From contig JAOQIN010000005.1 of NCBI GenBank assembly GCA_026134085.1, positions 9,489 through 73,488 of the forward strand: DNA of 64,000 nt. Direction: 5' to 3'. Source of the DNA: Candidatus Methanoxibalbensis ujae. GTDB lineage: Archaea > Halobacteriota > Syntropharchaeia > Alkanophagales > Methanospirareceae. The stretch's first letter is position 1. Every line of letters begins with the position of its first letter. Below are positions 45,847 through 55,556 of the stretch, piece by piece. Position numbers and translations under genes: made by a program. The notes beneath the pieces are model-generated. The model was not told the origin of the DNA. It did no database searches and worked only from the letters and a program-made list of their open reading frames with translations.

Positions 45847-46872
45847 TCATCGCATGATGACAGGAGGAGCTATCTTCTCATTTACAAGCCTTGTGTTCTC
45901 AAGATAAGAAAATGCACCCACAACAGATTGCTCTATCTTCCCACATTTCACAACGCACTTCTCAGCTATAATGCTGACTTTTATCACAGATTCTCTTATC
46001 CTTGCATAATTAAAGATGACAGAGTCATGAATTTTGCAATTTTTCACATGAACATTATCACCAATAGAGACAAATCCATGTATTTCTGAGTTTTCAATGA
46101 TTGAATCGTTGCCGATGACTACAAACCCATCAATTTCACTGCGTTTAACACTGCTGTCTGTATTGTCGCATTTCATATCAGATTTCATCCTCTGAAGGAT
46201 CCACTCATGAGCCTTCCGATAGCCTTCAAAAGTGCCAATATCCGTCCAGAATCCATCAACTACGCAGCCGTAAAGCTCTTCCTGCTCCAGAATAATGGGG
46301 AAAAGGTCCTTTGCGAAGTCAAAGGGCTTCCCTTCAGGCACATATTCAAGCGCTTCTGGCTCTATCACATATAAACCGATGCTCGCGAGGTCTGAGAAGT
46401 ACTTCACCGGTTTCTCAACAAATCGCAGTATCCTGCCGCATTCATCCACTTCAGCGACGCCAAACTGCGACGGATTTTCGACATGCATCAGCGCGATCGT
46501 CACAAGTCCTCCATGTGATCTGTGAAATGATATAATTTTTTTCACATCTATATCTGTGATGTTGTCACCCTGAATGATGAAAGCGGTATCATTCAGTGAG
46601 CTGTTTTTAACTGAGCCAGCAGTTCCGAGCGGATGTGGCTCTTCAGGGAAGTAAAAATGAATGTTCCTGTAATTCTCGCTCAAATATGACTTCAAACGCT
46701 CCTGCTGATAGTTTGTTGTGACGATAATATCGCTGAATCCGTGACGGGTCAGATATTCAACAATGTGTCCAATCGCCGGTTTGTTCACGATGGGAATGAG
46801 TGGCTTTGGCGTCGTCAGCGTAAGCGGTCGCAGTCTTGTCCCAAGACCCCCCGCAAGAATTACCGCTTTCAT
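45847..46872 (-). CDS. Sugar-1-phosphate nucleotidyltransferase with C-terminal left-handed beta-helix (GlmU/RmlA/ManC-like)
   Basis: MKAVILAGGLGTRLRPLTLTTPKPLIPIVNKP signature. C-terminal hexapeptide repeats. The start is taken at the internal Met. Confidence 0.8.
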   Translation of the reverse strand: MKAVILAGGLGTRLRPLTLTTPKPLIPIVNKPAIGHIVEYLTRHGFSDIIVTTNYQQERLKSYLSENYRNIHFYFPEEPHPLGTAGSVKNSSLNDTAFIIQGDNITDIDVKKIISFHRSHGGLVTIALMHVENPSQFGVAEVDECGRILRFVEKPVKYFSDLASIGLYVIEPEALEYVPEGKPFDFAKDLFPIILEQEELYGCVVDGFWTDIGTFEGYRKAHEWILQRMKSDMKCDNTDSSVKRSEIDGFVVIGNDSIIENSEIHGFVSIGDNVHVKNCKIHDSVIFNYARIRESVIKVSIIAEKCVVKCGKIEQSVVGAFSYLENTRLVNEKIAPPVIMR

Positions 46873-48714
46873 AATATGAAAGTTTTTCCTGCTACTAAAA
46901 AAGCCGTGCACAAAAAACTTGGAAAGCATGCTGATACCCATGCGGTCATTCATTTACCCCGTGGCAGGGCTTCCTGATTCAGAGGGAAGTGACATCAATC
47001 ACCAATGTGGAGGTCCAATCCCATCACCAATCGTTTCCGCCTCCCAGGACTTAAGGATCTGTTGCCTCATATGCCTATCTGACGGTGCCACCCGCCTCCA
47101 GTCTCAAAACAGAATTTCCGACTATCCGCCTTTCAAGGGCTTGAGTTCCCCGTTTTTCATGCGTTCTGCGCCAAGTCACCTGATGTCGGAGATGCCGTGT
47201 GAGTATGACTTCATTCACAAATGTTTCATCTCATCCCTCAACATGTTGCGATTGTGTTGCTCTCAATGCATAAGGAGTGTGGTCGTATCCTCTCGTTTCC
47301 TGTGCTTTCAACACCATCCTCTGAATGCATAAAGGTTCAGTATACCTTTCTCAACAACAGTGCGCTGTGAATGGACACTTTCTCCATCCTCCTGTGTTCA
47401 ACAAAGGGCTGTTCCATTGTATTGTCGTTAAGATGCGACCTTTAAGATGCGACCTGTTCACCAATCGCGGAGAGCGATTTTTCTGCACACTCTCAGCGCT
47501 GAAACAAGCAGTGAGTGGTATGATGTCGTGTGGTTGAAGTTAAGGGTTTTGAATTATCATCATCTTGGATTTTGCCATTTTTAAGCGGTTGTTTCCGTTG
47601 ATGTATTTTCAGTCAGTTAAGTGCAATGGGGATTATTAAGGTGATTCCGTGAATCTTCTGCTTTATATTTCGCACTTTCCTGCGATACTTTCCCGCGACA
47701 CTTCACAGCAAAGATAAGATGATAGTGAAGATAACAGACTGAATGGGTACATGAGCACTTCCCTCAAGTTAGTATATAGTTATAAGTTTTATAATAAAAT
47801 TATTAAATTTTTATCAAATGCATATATTTTTATTTTATCCGCCAATTCTTTGTTCTTACTCACCTCTTGCGGGTAAACCTGTAGATTTCCGATAATTCTG
47901 CGGGTATGCGAAGTGCCGCAGGCATTTGAGTGAGCGAGGCGAACCGCCTCCTGTTGTCCGAGTGCGAAAGCACCGGAGCGGAGAGCTCGGCTCGGCGGCA
48001 TTCTTCCTATATCTCTTCTTTCTTTTAACACTCATTTTTTCAATATCAACCTACTGCATGCACTTATTGCGCCGCCGAATTTTGGAGTCCCTCTCATCTC
48101 ATGGATACCTCCAAGCCTTTCTCCATCCAGGCTTTTCTGAGAATATGAAATCTCAATACCTCCCATCGTTCCATCCCCATCTCATCTATCTTGGAGGAAG
48201 AGGAGCGGGAAACAAATGTTCGCCAAAGTTTCCTATGATTTCTGTTCTGAATGTAAGCTGATTATGGAGGTCTTGTGTTGGTATAACCGCAATCGTTAGC
48301 GGTATAGAATTGAACGATGGTGATGAAAAAGATGACAGGATTTATCGCATAGCTGATAGCCGAGCCCATAGAGCACAGTTTTCAAAATCTTATTTCAAGA
48401 AGATTCGTCATAAATTCTACCGCATAATTCTGTTCTTTCTCACATTTACCAACTCACATTTACCAAGATTCCAAAATGGAATCCTCCTCATCAAAAAGGC
48501 TTCTAAGCGTAATGAAGTTATAGAAATTCAAAAAGACTAAAGAAGGCATTTTGAAAAGTATGGCTTCCCGTGCTCGTGTGTGTTGTGATTATTTGCTGTT
48601 TTGCTGTGATTGTGAGATGTGATTGCTGTGATTGCGAGGTGCGATTGCTGTGATTGCGAAGTGAGAGAATGAAGAGTGCGACGCAGGACAAAGGAGTCAT
48701 TGTGCATTTGTGTG

Positions 48715-51018
48715 CTATTGTGCGCCAAACGCATTTCTCCAGGCTTCTCTGAGCGCATTTATTGATATATTGACTTCATTTTCTCCGTCATATATAACCA
48801 GGCTTTTGTCTCTTTTCAACTCTCCTATTCGCCTCACGAACACGCCTCTTCTCGTCATTTCATGCACAAAATCATCCTCTTTTGAGCGTTTTACCTCAAC
48901 AATCCACCGTGAGTTCGTCTCTGAAAAAAGTTTTATGTCGCTTCTCAACTCTCCGAGTGCACCAAGGTCAATCTCAGCGCCGAGATCGCCGCCTGAGATC
49001 ATCTCACACACAGCAACTGCCAGACCGCCCTCCGAGATATCATGGCATGATACAACAAAACCCTCACGCATCACATCCAAAAGCGCATCCATTCGCTTCC
49101 TCAGCTCTCTGGGAGATGTCCGCGGCACTATTCCTCCCTCCACACCTATCAACCTGAAATAAGCACTTCCACCGAGCTCATTTTTTGTGTTTCCTATTAT
49201 ATAGAGAGGATTTGAAGGCATTTTTGCATCAACAGTTATGCAATAACGCACATCATCGCATATTCCAATGCCAATAATTGATGGTGTTGGCGGTATTGGC
49301 TCTCCCGTTGCCTCATTTTCATTGTAAAAGCTGACATTTCCGCTCACAAAAGGTGTTCCGAGCGCTGAGGACATGAATCCAAGCGCACGACAGCACTCAT
49401 AAAAGTCACCCATCACATAATCCCTCTCAGGACTGCCGAAGTTGAGACAATCTGCGAAAGCGTGAGGTCTTGCTCCAACCGCAACGATGTTTCTGCATGC
49501 CTCATCAACCGCTGATGCAGCACCCCAGAAAGGGTTCAGACGTGTGTATGAAGGATTCACATCTGCAGTAAGCGCAATTCCCCTGAAAGAATTCTCAAGA
49601 GGCTTCAGAACAACTGCATCTGAATGTGTTTCACAACCTATTATCCCATGAATCGGTTTTATAACAGTTGAAGCACGCACATCAAAATCATATCTTCGCA
49701 CAACATATTCTTTTGATGCGATGTTATGCATCTTAAGCATGCTCAAAATGATTTCTTCATATGAATGAGGTGCATGAAATTCAACTTCTTTTTCCTTAAT
49801 GGTGCGTGTCTTGCGCTTTCTCTCGTATATGGGGGTGTTTGTGATGAAAGCGAGTTCAAGTTCGTATATGAGCCTTTCGTTGTAGAAAACTCTTATTTTT
49901 TCGTTGCCATTTGTTTTTCCTGTTTCACCTATCACAGATGCGTCAATGTCCCAGTTTTCAAATATTTCAATAAGCTCAGCCACATTTTCGCGGGCTGTGC
50001 ATATGAGAAATCGCTCCTGAGACTCTGATATCCATATTTCCCATGGAAGCATTCCCTCCTCTTTAAGCGTAACGCGCTCCAGATGGATATCCGCACTGCA
50101 TTTTCCGGCGGCACACATCTCAATGACAGCGCATGAGAGACCACCGCCACCGAGGTCCTTCATTCCTCCTATGAATTCACGGGCTTCAAGGATTGCGTGG
50201 ATCAGAGGCTCCTTCCTTATCGGGTCTCCGAGCTGCACAGCGCTCCTGAACTCCTCTTCAGCGCCGAGTTTTGCAGATGCGAATGTGACGCCGTGAATGC
50301 CATCTCTTCCCGTGGGACCGCCAACGAGGACGAGAACCTCATCAGGATATGCGATGCTGTGTATGATATCGCTTTTTTTCATGATGCCCACGCATCCCAC
50401 ATTGACAATGCAGTTCCCTATGAAACCCTCATCAAAGAAAACCATGCCCGCGCATGTCGGGATGCCTATGCGGTTCCCGTAATCGCTTATCCCCGCGATG
50501 ACACCTTCAAAGAGATAGCGAGGATGCTTTACGCCTTTTGGAAGATTCTCGTGCGGATATTCAAGCGGACCGAAAAAAAGAGGATCAATCAGCGCGATGG
50601 GCTGCGCACCCATGCACACAACATCCCTCACAACGCCCCCTATCCCCGTTGCAGCACCTCCATATGGCTCTATCGCAGACGGATGATTGTGTGATTCAAA
50701 AGCCACAACATACGCATGCTCGTCGTCAAATTCAACAACTCCTGCATCCTCATCAACACATATGCTCGCTTCAGATGATGTGCTCAAAATGAACTTCTGC
50801 AGTATTCTCCTTGAGCTCTTGTAGCAGCAGTGCTCAGACCACGCCTGCGCAATGCTCTGCAGCTCTATGTCTGTGGGATCTCTGCCCCGCTCCCTGAAAT
50901 ATCGCTTTATCCTTCTCATCTCCTCCAAACTGAGCGAAAGATGCAGATGCTCGCTAAGCTGCATAAGCTCATCATCACTCGCATCCCTCAGCCTGATGTG
51001 CTGCACCACATCATTCAT
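48715..51018 (-). CDS. purL: Phosphoribosylformylglycinamidine synthase subunit PurL (FGAM synthase II)
   Basis: AQAWSEHCCYKS, FESHNHPSAIEPYGGAATGIGGVVRDV, duplicated AIRS-like domains, 767 aa. Confidence 0.9.
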   Translation of the reverse strand: MNDVVQHIRLRDASDDELMQLSEHLHLSLSLEEMRRIKRYFRERGRDPTDIELQSIAQAWSEHCCYKSSRRILQKFILSTSSEASICVDEDAGVVEFDDEHAYVVAFESHNHPSAIEPYGGAATGIGGVVRDVVCMGAQPIALIDPLFFGPLEYPHENLPKGVKHPRYLFEGVIAGISDYGNRIGIPTCAGMVFFDEGFIGNCIVNVGCVGIMKKSDIIHSIAYPDEVLVLVGGPTGRDGIHGVTFASAKLGAEEEFRSAVQLGDPIRKEPLIHAILEAREFIGGMKDLGGGGLSCAVIEMCAAGKCSADIHLERVTLKEEGMLPWEIWISESQERFLICTARENVAELIEIFENWDIDASVIGETGKTNGNEKIRVFYNERLIYELELAFITNTPIYERKRKTRTIKEKEVEFHAPHSYEEIILSMLKMHNIASKEYVVRRYDFDVRASTVIKPIHGIIGCETHSDAVVLKPLENSFRGIALTADVNPSYTRLNPFWGAASAVDEACRNIVAVGARPHAFADCLNFGSPERDYVMGDFYECCRALGFMSSALGTPFVSGNVSFYNENEATGEPIPPTPSIIGIGICDDVRYCITVDAKMPSNPLYIIGNTKNELGGSAYFRLIGVEGGIVPRTSPRELRKRMDALLDVMREGFVVSCHDISEGGLAVAVCEMISGGDLGAEIDLGALGELRSDIKLFSETNSRWIVEVKRSKEDDFVHEMTRRGVFVRRIGELKRDKSLVIYDGENEVNISINALREAWRNAFGAQ

Positions 51019-51213
51019 AAGCCCTGGCGGCAGGAGACCTCCGATCGGATCGATTGAGGAGGAATGCCGCCTTCCTCACCTCCGTTAATTAAGCTTGAGT
51101 GACAATTTAAGATAGAGCTAGGGCACTCCCCACAGGCCAGTCTCTGCTTCGGGCATTTGAACAGCTTCCCGGCTGTTCTTTCACATCGAGACTTCGCTTT
51201 CACATCTTCGCCT

Positions 51214-52011
51214 TCACATCTGAGACGGGAATCTCCTGCAATCATCACGAAGAAGCTTCTCAATGAATTTCCTGCCCTCCTCCGTTTTGAACAGTGGAAG
51301 TTCCCAGAACTGCACGATTTTGAAGCGTTTTGTGACCACTTTCTCACCAGTCAGCGGGTTGTATCCATGCTTTTCATATGGAACTTTCGCCACCACTATG
51401 CCTCTTCTCTGCCATGCGGGTGTCTTGCTGAGGTTCACGCCTCTGCAAAACATAAATTCGTGTATCTTATCAGATTTCATGCCCTTCAATCGCGCTTGTG
51501 CATCACTTTCGCTCAATCCATCTTTTAAGAGTGTGTAAAATGCATATGCATTCATGTGATTGCGCCATGCTTCCGCCTGACGCTCCGCGAAATATCTTAT
51601 GATAATATCATGGCAAAGCGGGATAACACGGGCATCAAATGATATCGGCACTTTAAATCCGGATACAATCGTCAGCGCACTTGAAAGAAAGCCTGAAATC
51701 ACGGAATCAATCTTCTCAACACGACCATTGAATGGAATTTCATGAAAAAACAGATTTATCTCATCTGAGAACAGATATGCAAATTTCGGGTTGAACCCGC
51801 TTTCAGCAAAAAACATCTCAACAGTTTTCACCATTAATTCCGCAAATCTTCGGTCAAAAGGCTTGCTGAACCCCGCATCTCTCAACACACGCTTGAAGTT
51901 CCTGCCGTCTGCCCGGACAACAAGTGGCGGAATCGCCTTTATGTCCGCATATATTTCCCGCACACGCCAATCACTCGCCACTGCCCACCACTTCTCATCC
52001 TCGCCTATCAA
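51214..52011 (-). CDS. Thg1-like protein (tRNA-His guanylyltransferase family, 3'-5' polymerase)
   Basis: VVRADGRNFKRVL...FSKPFDRRFAELM...AYLFSDEINLFF....FNGRVEKIDSVISGFLSS matches the Thg1/TLP catalytic core. Confidence 0.75.
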   Translation of the reverse strand: MIGEDEKWWAVASDWRVREIYADIKAIPPLVVRADGRNFKRVLRDAGFSKPFDRRFAELMVKTVEMFFAESGFNPKFAYLFSDEINLFFHEIPFNGRVEKIDSVISGFLSSALTIVSGFKVPISFDARVIPLCHDIIIRYFAERQAEAWRNHMNAYAFYTLLKDGLSESDAQARLKGMKSDKIHEFMFCRGVNLSKTPAWQRRGIVVAKVPYEKHGYNPLTGEKVVTKRFKIVQFWELPLFKTEEGRKFIEKLLRDDCRRFPSQM

Positions 52012-52013
52012 AA

Positions 52014-52052
52014 TTCAGCGTCAATCTTCAGCGTCAATCTTCAGCGTCAATC
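52014..52052. repeat. Tandem repeat 3 x 13 bp (TTCAGCGTCAATC) abutting the Thg1-like start codon
   Basis: Three perfect copies at 52014-52026, 52027-52039 and 52040-52052. The core AGCGTCA is shared with the 10-bp arrays. Confidence 0.9.
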
Positions 52053-52184
52053 ATGCTCAGCCCCTCTTCTCCATTTCCTCTCGGCTATGATGATTGTGCG
52101 CATGATGATTGTGCATAAGCATAATGCATAGCGCGGCAGCGTGTGTGCTGTTGCAGTGTATGTGTGAGAGTCTATGAAATTACG

Positions 52185-52502
52185 TCACACGCGCTCATCA
52201 GTGACGCCTGTGGCTCCTTTCATCTCCGCTTTCCCCTCCTCGATCTCAGCAGCACTCCTACCGCCTCTGCGCCGCACATGTTTTATGAGAATGATGTCGC
52301 CAACGGCTGTTACCCAGCGGTAAGGTATGATAACGCCTCTCTTTTTTCCGATGTTGAAGAGGCTCGGGTTCACATTCCTGACTACGAGACCGGATATGCG
52401 CCTTTCACGAATGTCAATGCTCACATCCTCCAGCCTGCCGACATATACGCCTTTGTCCGTGTATAGCTCCTGCCCATATAATGATGAGAGCTCGATCTCC
52501 AT
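52185..52502 (-). CDS. PRC-barrel domain protein
   Basis: LYGQELYTDKGVYVGRLEDVSIDIRERRISGLVV...IIPYRWVTAVGDIILI. Confidence 0.7.
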   Translation of the reverse strand: MEIELSSLYGQELYTDKGVYVGRLEDVSIDIRERRISGLVVRNVNPSLFNIGKKRGVIIPYRWVTAVGDIILIKHVRRRGGRSAAEIEEGKAEMKGATGVTDERV

Positions 52503-52525
52503 ATTTTTTTGTAGAGATTCATATA

Positions 52526-52831
52526 TTAAGTCAATTGCAGTAGGTCCTCCGAAACCTCAAATCTGTCATGGAAGGTGATGAAATGGAAAGATATCTCTCC
52601 GTCTAATTTGGGCTCCGTTCGCTCAACCACGACGGGGAAGGCATGAGCAACTTCACCCAACAGCGACGGCTGCGCTCCGCTGGTCAACTTCGTTCGCAAA
52701 CTTCGTATGAGTATGATGTTGAAATTCAGTTGTAATGGCTCATCAAATGCCGCTATTGAAATGAGCTGCATATTGCCCCATGCCACAGAGAGACTGTGAT
52801 CCCAGATCATTTCGCCTGATCCTGAAAACAA
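52526..52831 (-). CDS. Hypothetical protein (weak call)
   Basis: 101-aa ORF with a non-ATG start in the track. No SD or recognisable domain. It is retained only because it fills an otherwise empty 350-bp gap. Confidence 0.3.
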   Translation of the reverse strand: MFSGSGEMIWDHSLSVAWGNMQLISIAAFDEPLQLNFNIILIRSLRTKLTSGAQPSLLGEVAHAFPVVVERTEPKLDGEISFHFITFHDRFEVSEDLLQLT

Positions 52832-52885
52832 GTCTGGATCTCATGTCCCGGCGTGTCCGCAGAACGTGCGTAATGATATGTGTGT

Positions 52886-53872
52886 TCATTGTTTCAACCG
52901 CCTGATGAGCATCTCAACAATTCTCTCAGTGACATCAATTCCACATGCAATTTTTATACCTCTCGCTGATGGTGTTCCGTTTATTTCAAGCAGATACAGA
53001 TTGTCTGTGCTCTCTATAAGATCAACGCCTGCGAAGTCCGCACCTATGACTTCAGCAGCCTTTACAGCGATCTCGCCCATTTCGCTTGTGATGTCGCATT
53101 TCACGGGCATGCCTCCCACGCTGAGATTGCTCGCAACCTCATCACTGATTCCAGCGTGACGGACACGATATATCGCTGCAACAGCCTCTCCATCCACGAC
53201 GAACACGCGTATATCTCTTTTCATCGGATTTCGTATGAATTCCTGCAAATATATCACGCCACGCGCCGCAATGATGCGTTTTATCCTTCTTTCTGCCTCG
53301 CTAACTTCGGCTGCTTCACTCATCTCGGCTGCTTCACTCATCTCGGCTGCTTCGCTCACTTCAGATGTGCAAACGCATATTTTCTCAACGCCTTTTCCCT
53401 GATAACCGAATATGGGCTTTGCGACCGCAGCACCTCCGAATCTGCGAATGGCATCAAGCGCCACCTCAACACTTTTCGTGACGACTGTGCGAGGCACCGG
53501 AAGACTTGCATCTGCGAAAATGCGCATTGACATGAATTTGTCAGCAGCAATTTGAATTGCATTTGGCGTGTTCATCATCAGTTTCTGCTCTGAAAGAATG
53601 CGAAGCAGGTCATATCTGAATGCCGCTCCCTCGGTTCCTCCCTCATAAATGCCGCCTATGTCCCTCACAATGAACGCATCAAAATTGACGGAAAGTCTGT
53701 CCTCATTCAGAAGAGCAGTGACTGTTCTTTTGTCTCCGTGCTGCGATGAGATTTCAGCACTGATTTCTGACATGTCTATCGGAAACGCATTTGCTCCCCT
53801 TTTCCGAATGTTTCTCATCAGTGCATTCGCAGTCCAGTCCCCCCTCTCCTTCAAAATAACTCCAATATTCAT
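52886..53872 (-). CDS. RimK-family ATP-grasp alpha-L-glutamate ligase (MptN/CofF/LysX-like)
   Basis: ATP-grasp motifs ..VAKPIFGYQGKGV.., LQEFI...RDIRVFVV, DFAGVDLIES....YLLEINGTPS. Carries an inserted SEAAEM x3 repeat. Confidence 0.75.
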   Translation of the reverse strand: MNIGVILKERGDWTANALMRNIRKRGANAFPIDMSEISAEISSQHGDKRTVTALLNEDRLSVNFDAFIVRDIGGIYEGGTEGAAFRYDLLRILSEQKLMMNTPNAIQIAADKFMSMRIFADASLPVPRTVVTKSVEVALDAIRRFGGAAVAKPIFGYQGKGVEKICVCTSEVSEAAEMSEAAEMSEAAEVSEAERRIKRIIAARGVIYLQEFIRNPMKRDIRVFVVDGEAVAAIYRVRHAGISDEVASNLSVGGMPVKCDITSEMGEIAVKAAEVIGADFAGVDLIESTDNLYLLEINGTPSARGIKIACGIDVTERIVEMLIRRLKQ

Positions 53873-54080
53873 CTGATTGATTTTTGTTTATTTTTCGTTT
53901 ATTTTTTGTTATTATTATTTATTTGTATTTTATTGTTTTATTAGAAAAAAGCAGCAGCAGTGATGGCAAAGGTGAATGCAATGCTTTTTCACAGCGCAGG
54001 GAGAAGTAAACCACTTCCGTTCTGGAATGGTTTCTCATGATGGCTCATGATGGCAGGACGAAGTGAAAAGGAAAATTGGT

Positions 54081-54180
54081 TGTATGTGTTTGTGAGTGAG
54101 TGTTTGTGTGTTTGTGTGTTTATGTGTTGTGTTTGTGTTTGTGTTTATGAATATGAGTAAGAGTATGAGTGTATGTGAGG
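54081..54180. repeat. TG-rich low-complexity/alternating purine-pyrimidine tract
   Basis: tgtatgtgtttgtgagtgagtgtttgtgtgtttgtgtgtttatgtgttgtgtttgtgtttgtgtttatg... Confidence 0.85.
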
Positions 54181-54185
54181 CGCAG

Positions 54186-55463
54186 TCAGCTTCTTGGATC
54201 TGTTATCTTTCCATTGATGGCGGATGCTGCTGCAGTTTCAACGCTTGAGAGGTATATGGATGCGTTGTTGTTGCCCATTCTTCCTTTGAAGTTGCGGTTT
54301 TGGGTGGATAGTGCGACCTCGCCGTCTGCGAGTGCGAATGTTCTGCCTATGCAGAATGAGCATGATGGCGTCAGGATGGACGCGCCTGCGTTTATGAAAA
54401 TATCAATGAGTCCCTCAGAGATCGCCTGATTCAGGACTCTGCGAGACGCCGGACAGACGAGAAGCCTCACATTCCGCGCAACACACTTTCCCTTCAGTAT
54501 TCTCGCAGCTTTACGAAGGTCATCAATTCGTCCGTTCGTGCAGGAGCCTATGCAGACGACATCTATCTCAGTTCCCTCGCACTCTGACACACTTTTCACA
54601 TTTGAGACCCTGTGAGGGCATGCGACCATGGGCTCGACATTTTCCGCCTCTATTTCTATCTCATCTGCGTAGTGCGCGTTTTTATCGGGCTCAACAGGTC
54701 TGAACTCATGTGCCCTCCGCTGTTCTCTCAGAAAATTCAACGTATGCTCATCGGATATGCACAAACCGCATTTTGCACCAACCTCAACAGCCATGTTTGA
54801 GAGAGTGGCACGCTCTGAAACATTCATCGCATCAATCGCTGAGCCCACAAACTCAACGCTCATGTATGTTGCGCCGTCCTCGCCTATCTCGCCTATGAGA
54901 TGCAGAAACACATCTTTTGATGACACGAATTCATTCAGGCAGCCTGACACATTCACCTTCATGCTCTCAGGCACTTTCACCCATGTCCTGCCGAATGCGA
55001 GTATCGCAGCCACATCCGTTGAGCCCATGCCAGTTGCAAATGCAGCAACTGCACCGTGAGTTGTTGAGTGTGAATCCGCTCCTATTATTATTTTGAAAGG
55101 TGCTGAAAATCGCTCAAGCACAATCTGATGGCATATTCCATCTCCGTTCTCGTGGAAAGCAATGGACCTGTCATATGCAAATCTGCGCATCATCGCATGT
55201 ATGTTCGCAACTCGCTCGCTCGGAGGAGGAACTGCATGATCACAGACAGCAACAACCTTTGATGCGTCAAACACATCACGACGATTCATCTTCTCCATCT
55301 GCTCAATCGCCATCGGCATCGTCCCATCATGCGCAAACACAAGATCAACAGGCAATATCACTATATCTCCCGCATTAACATCACGATGAAGACGCTCGCT
55401 CAATATTTTCTCAACAAGTGTCTTCTCTCCGTCCCCACTTCCCTCGCTGCTCATGTCACACAC
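54186..55463 (-). CDS. Aconitase-family dehydratase large subunit (3-isopropylmalate / homoaconitate dehydratase)
   Basis: TLVEKILS...DLVFAHDGT, GADSHSTTHGA, and cluster cysteines in VCIGSCTNGR and ILTPSCSFCIG. No small subunit is adjacent. LeuC and HacA cannot be separated by eye. Confidence 0.8.
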   Translation of the reverse strand: MCDMSSEGSGDGEKTLVEKILSERLHRDVNAGDIVILPVDLVFAHDGTMPMAIEQMEKMNRRDVFDASKVVAVCDHAVPPPSERVANIHAMMRRFAYDRSIAFHENGDGICHQIVLERFSAPFKIIIGADSHSTTHGAVAAFATGMGSTDVAAILAFGRTWVKVPESMKVNVSGCLNEFVSSKDVFLHLIGEIGEDGATYMSVEFVGSAIDAMNVSERATLSNMAVEVGAKCGLCISDEHTLNFLREQRRAHEFRPVEPDKNAHYADEIEIEAENVEPMVACPHRVSNVKSVSECEGTEIDVVCIGSCTNGRIDDLRKAARILKGKCVARNVRLLVCPASRRVLNQAISEGLIDIFINAGASILTPSCSFCIGRTFALADGEVALSTQNRNFKGRMGNNNASIYLSSVETAAASAINGKITDPRS

Positions 55464-55556
55464 CTCTCAATATCTCATTCTCCCATTCGCATATGCAGGC
55501 GTATGCCCGTTGCATAAAATATGATCATCCGATCTCCTTCTCATCTCTCATCTCTC

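Noticed and set aside
45455-45907. 150-aa His/Thr-rich ORF
   Set aside because: It is produced purely by translating the CA-rich low-complexity tract, and it overlaps the panE 5' end on the antisense strand.
46960-47330. RNase P RNA on the minus strand (GGAUAGUCGGAAA and ACAGAUCCUUAAGUCC resemble CR-I/CR-V)
   Set aside because: The matches are imperfect, the two boxes cannot form the P4 helix, and they are only about 70 nt apart. I cannot support this call without a covariance-model search.
46919-47332. 137-aa ORF
   Set aside because: Its Cys/Ser-rich, hydrophobic-poor composition is implausible, it has no SD or TATA context, and the region is better described as non-coding or decayed.
48316-48356. 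C/D-box sRNA (GUGAUGA ... CUGA)
   Set aside because: There are no C'/D' boxes, and the spacing (about 37 nt total) does not fit the archaeal C/D architecture. A similar weak match at about 58230-58290 was also rejected.
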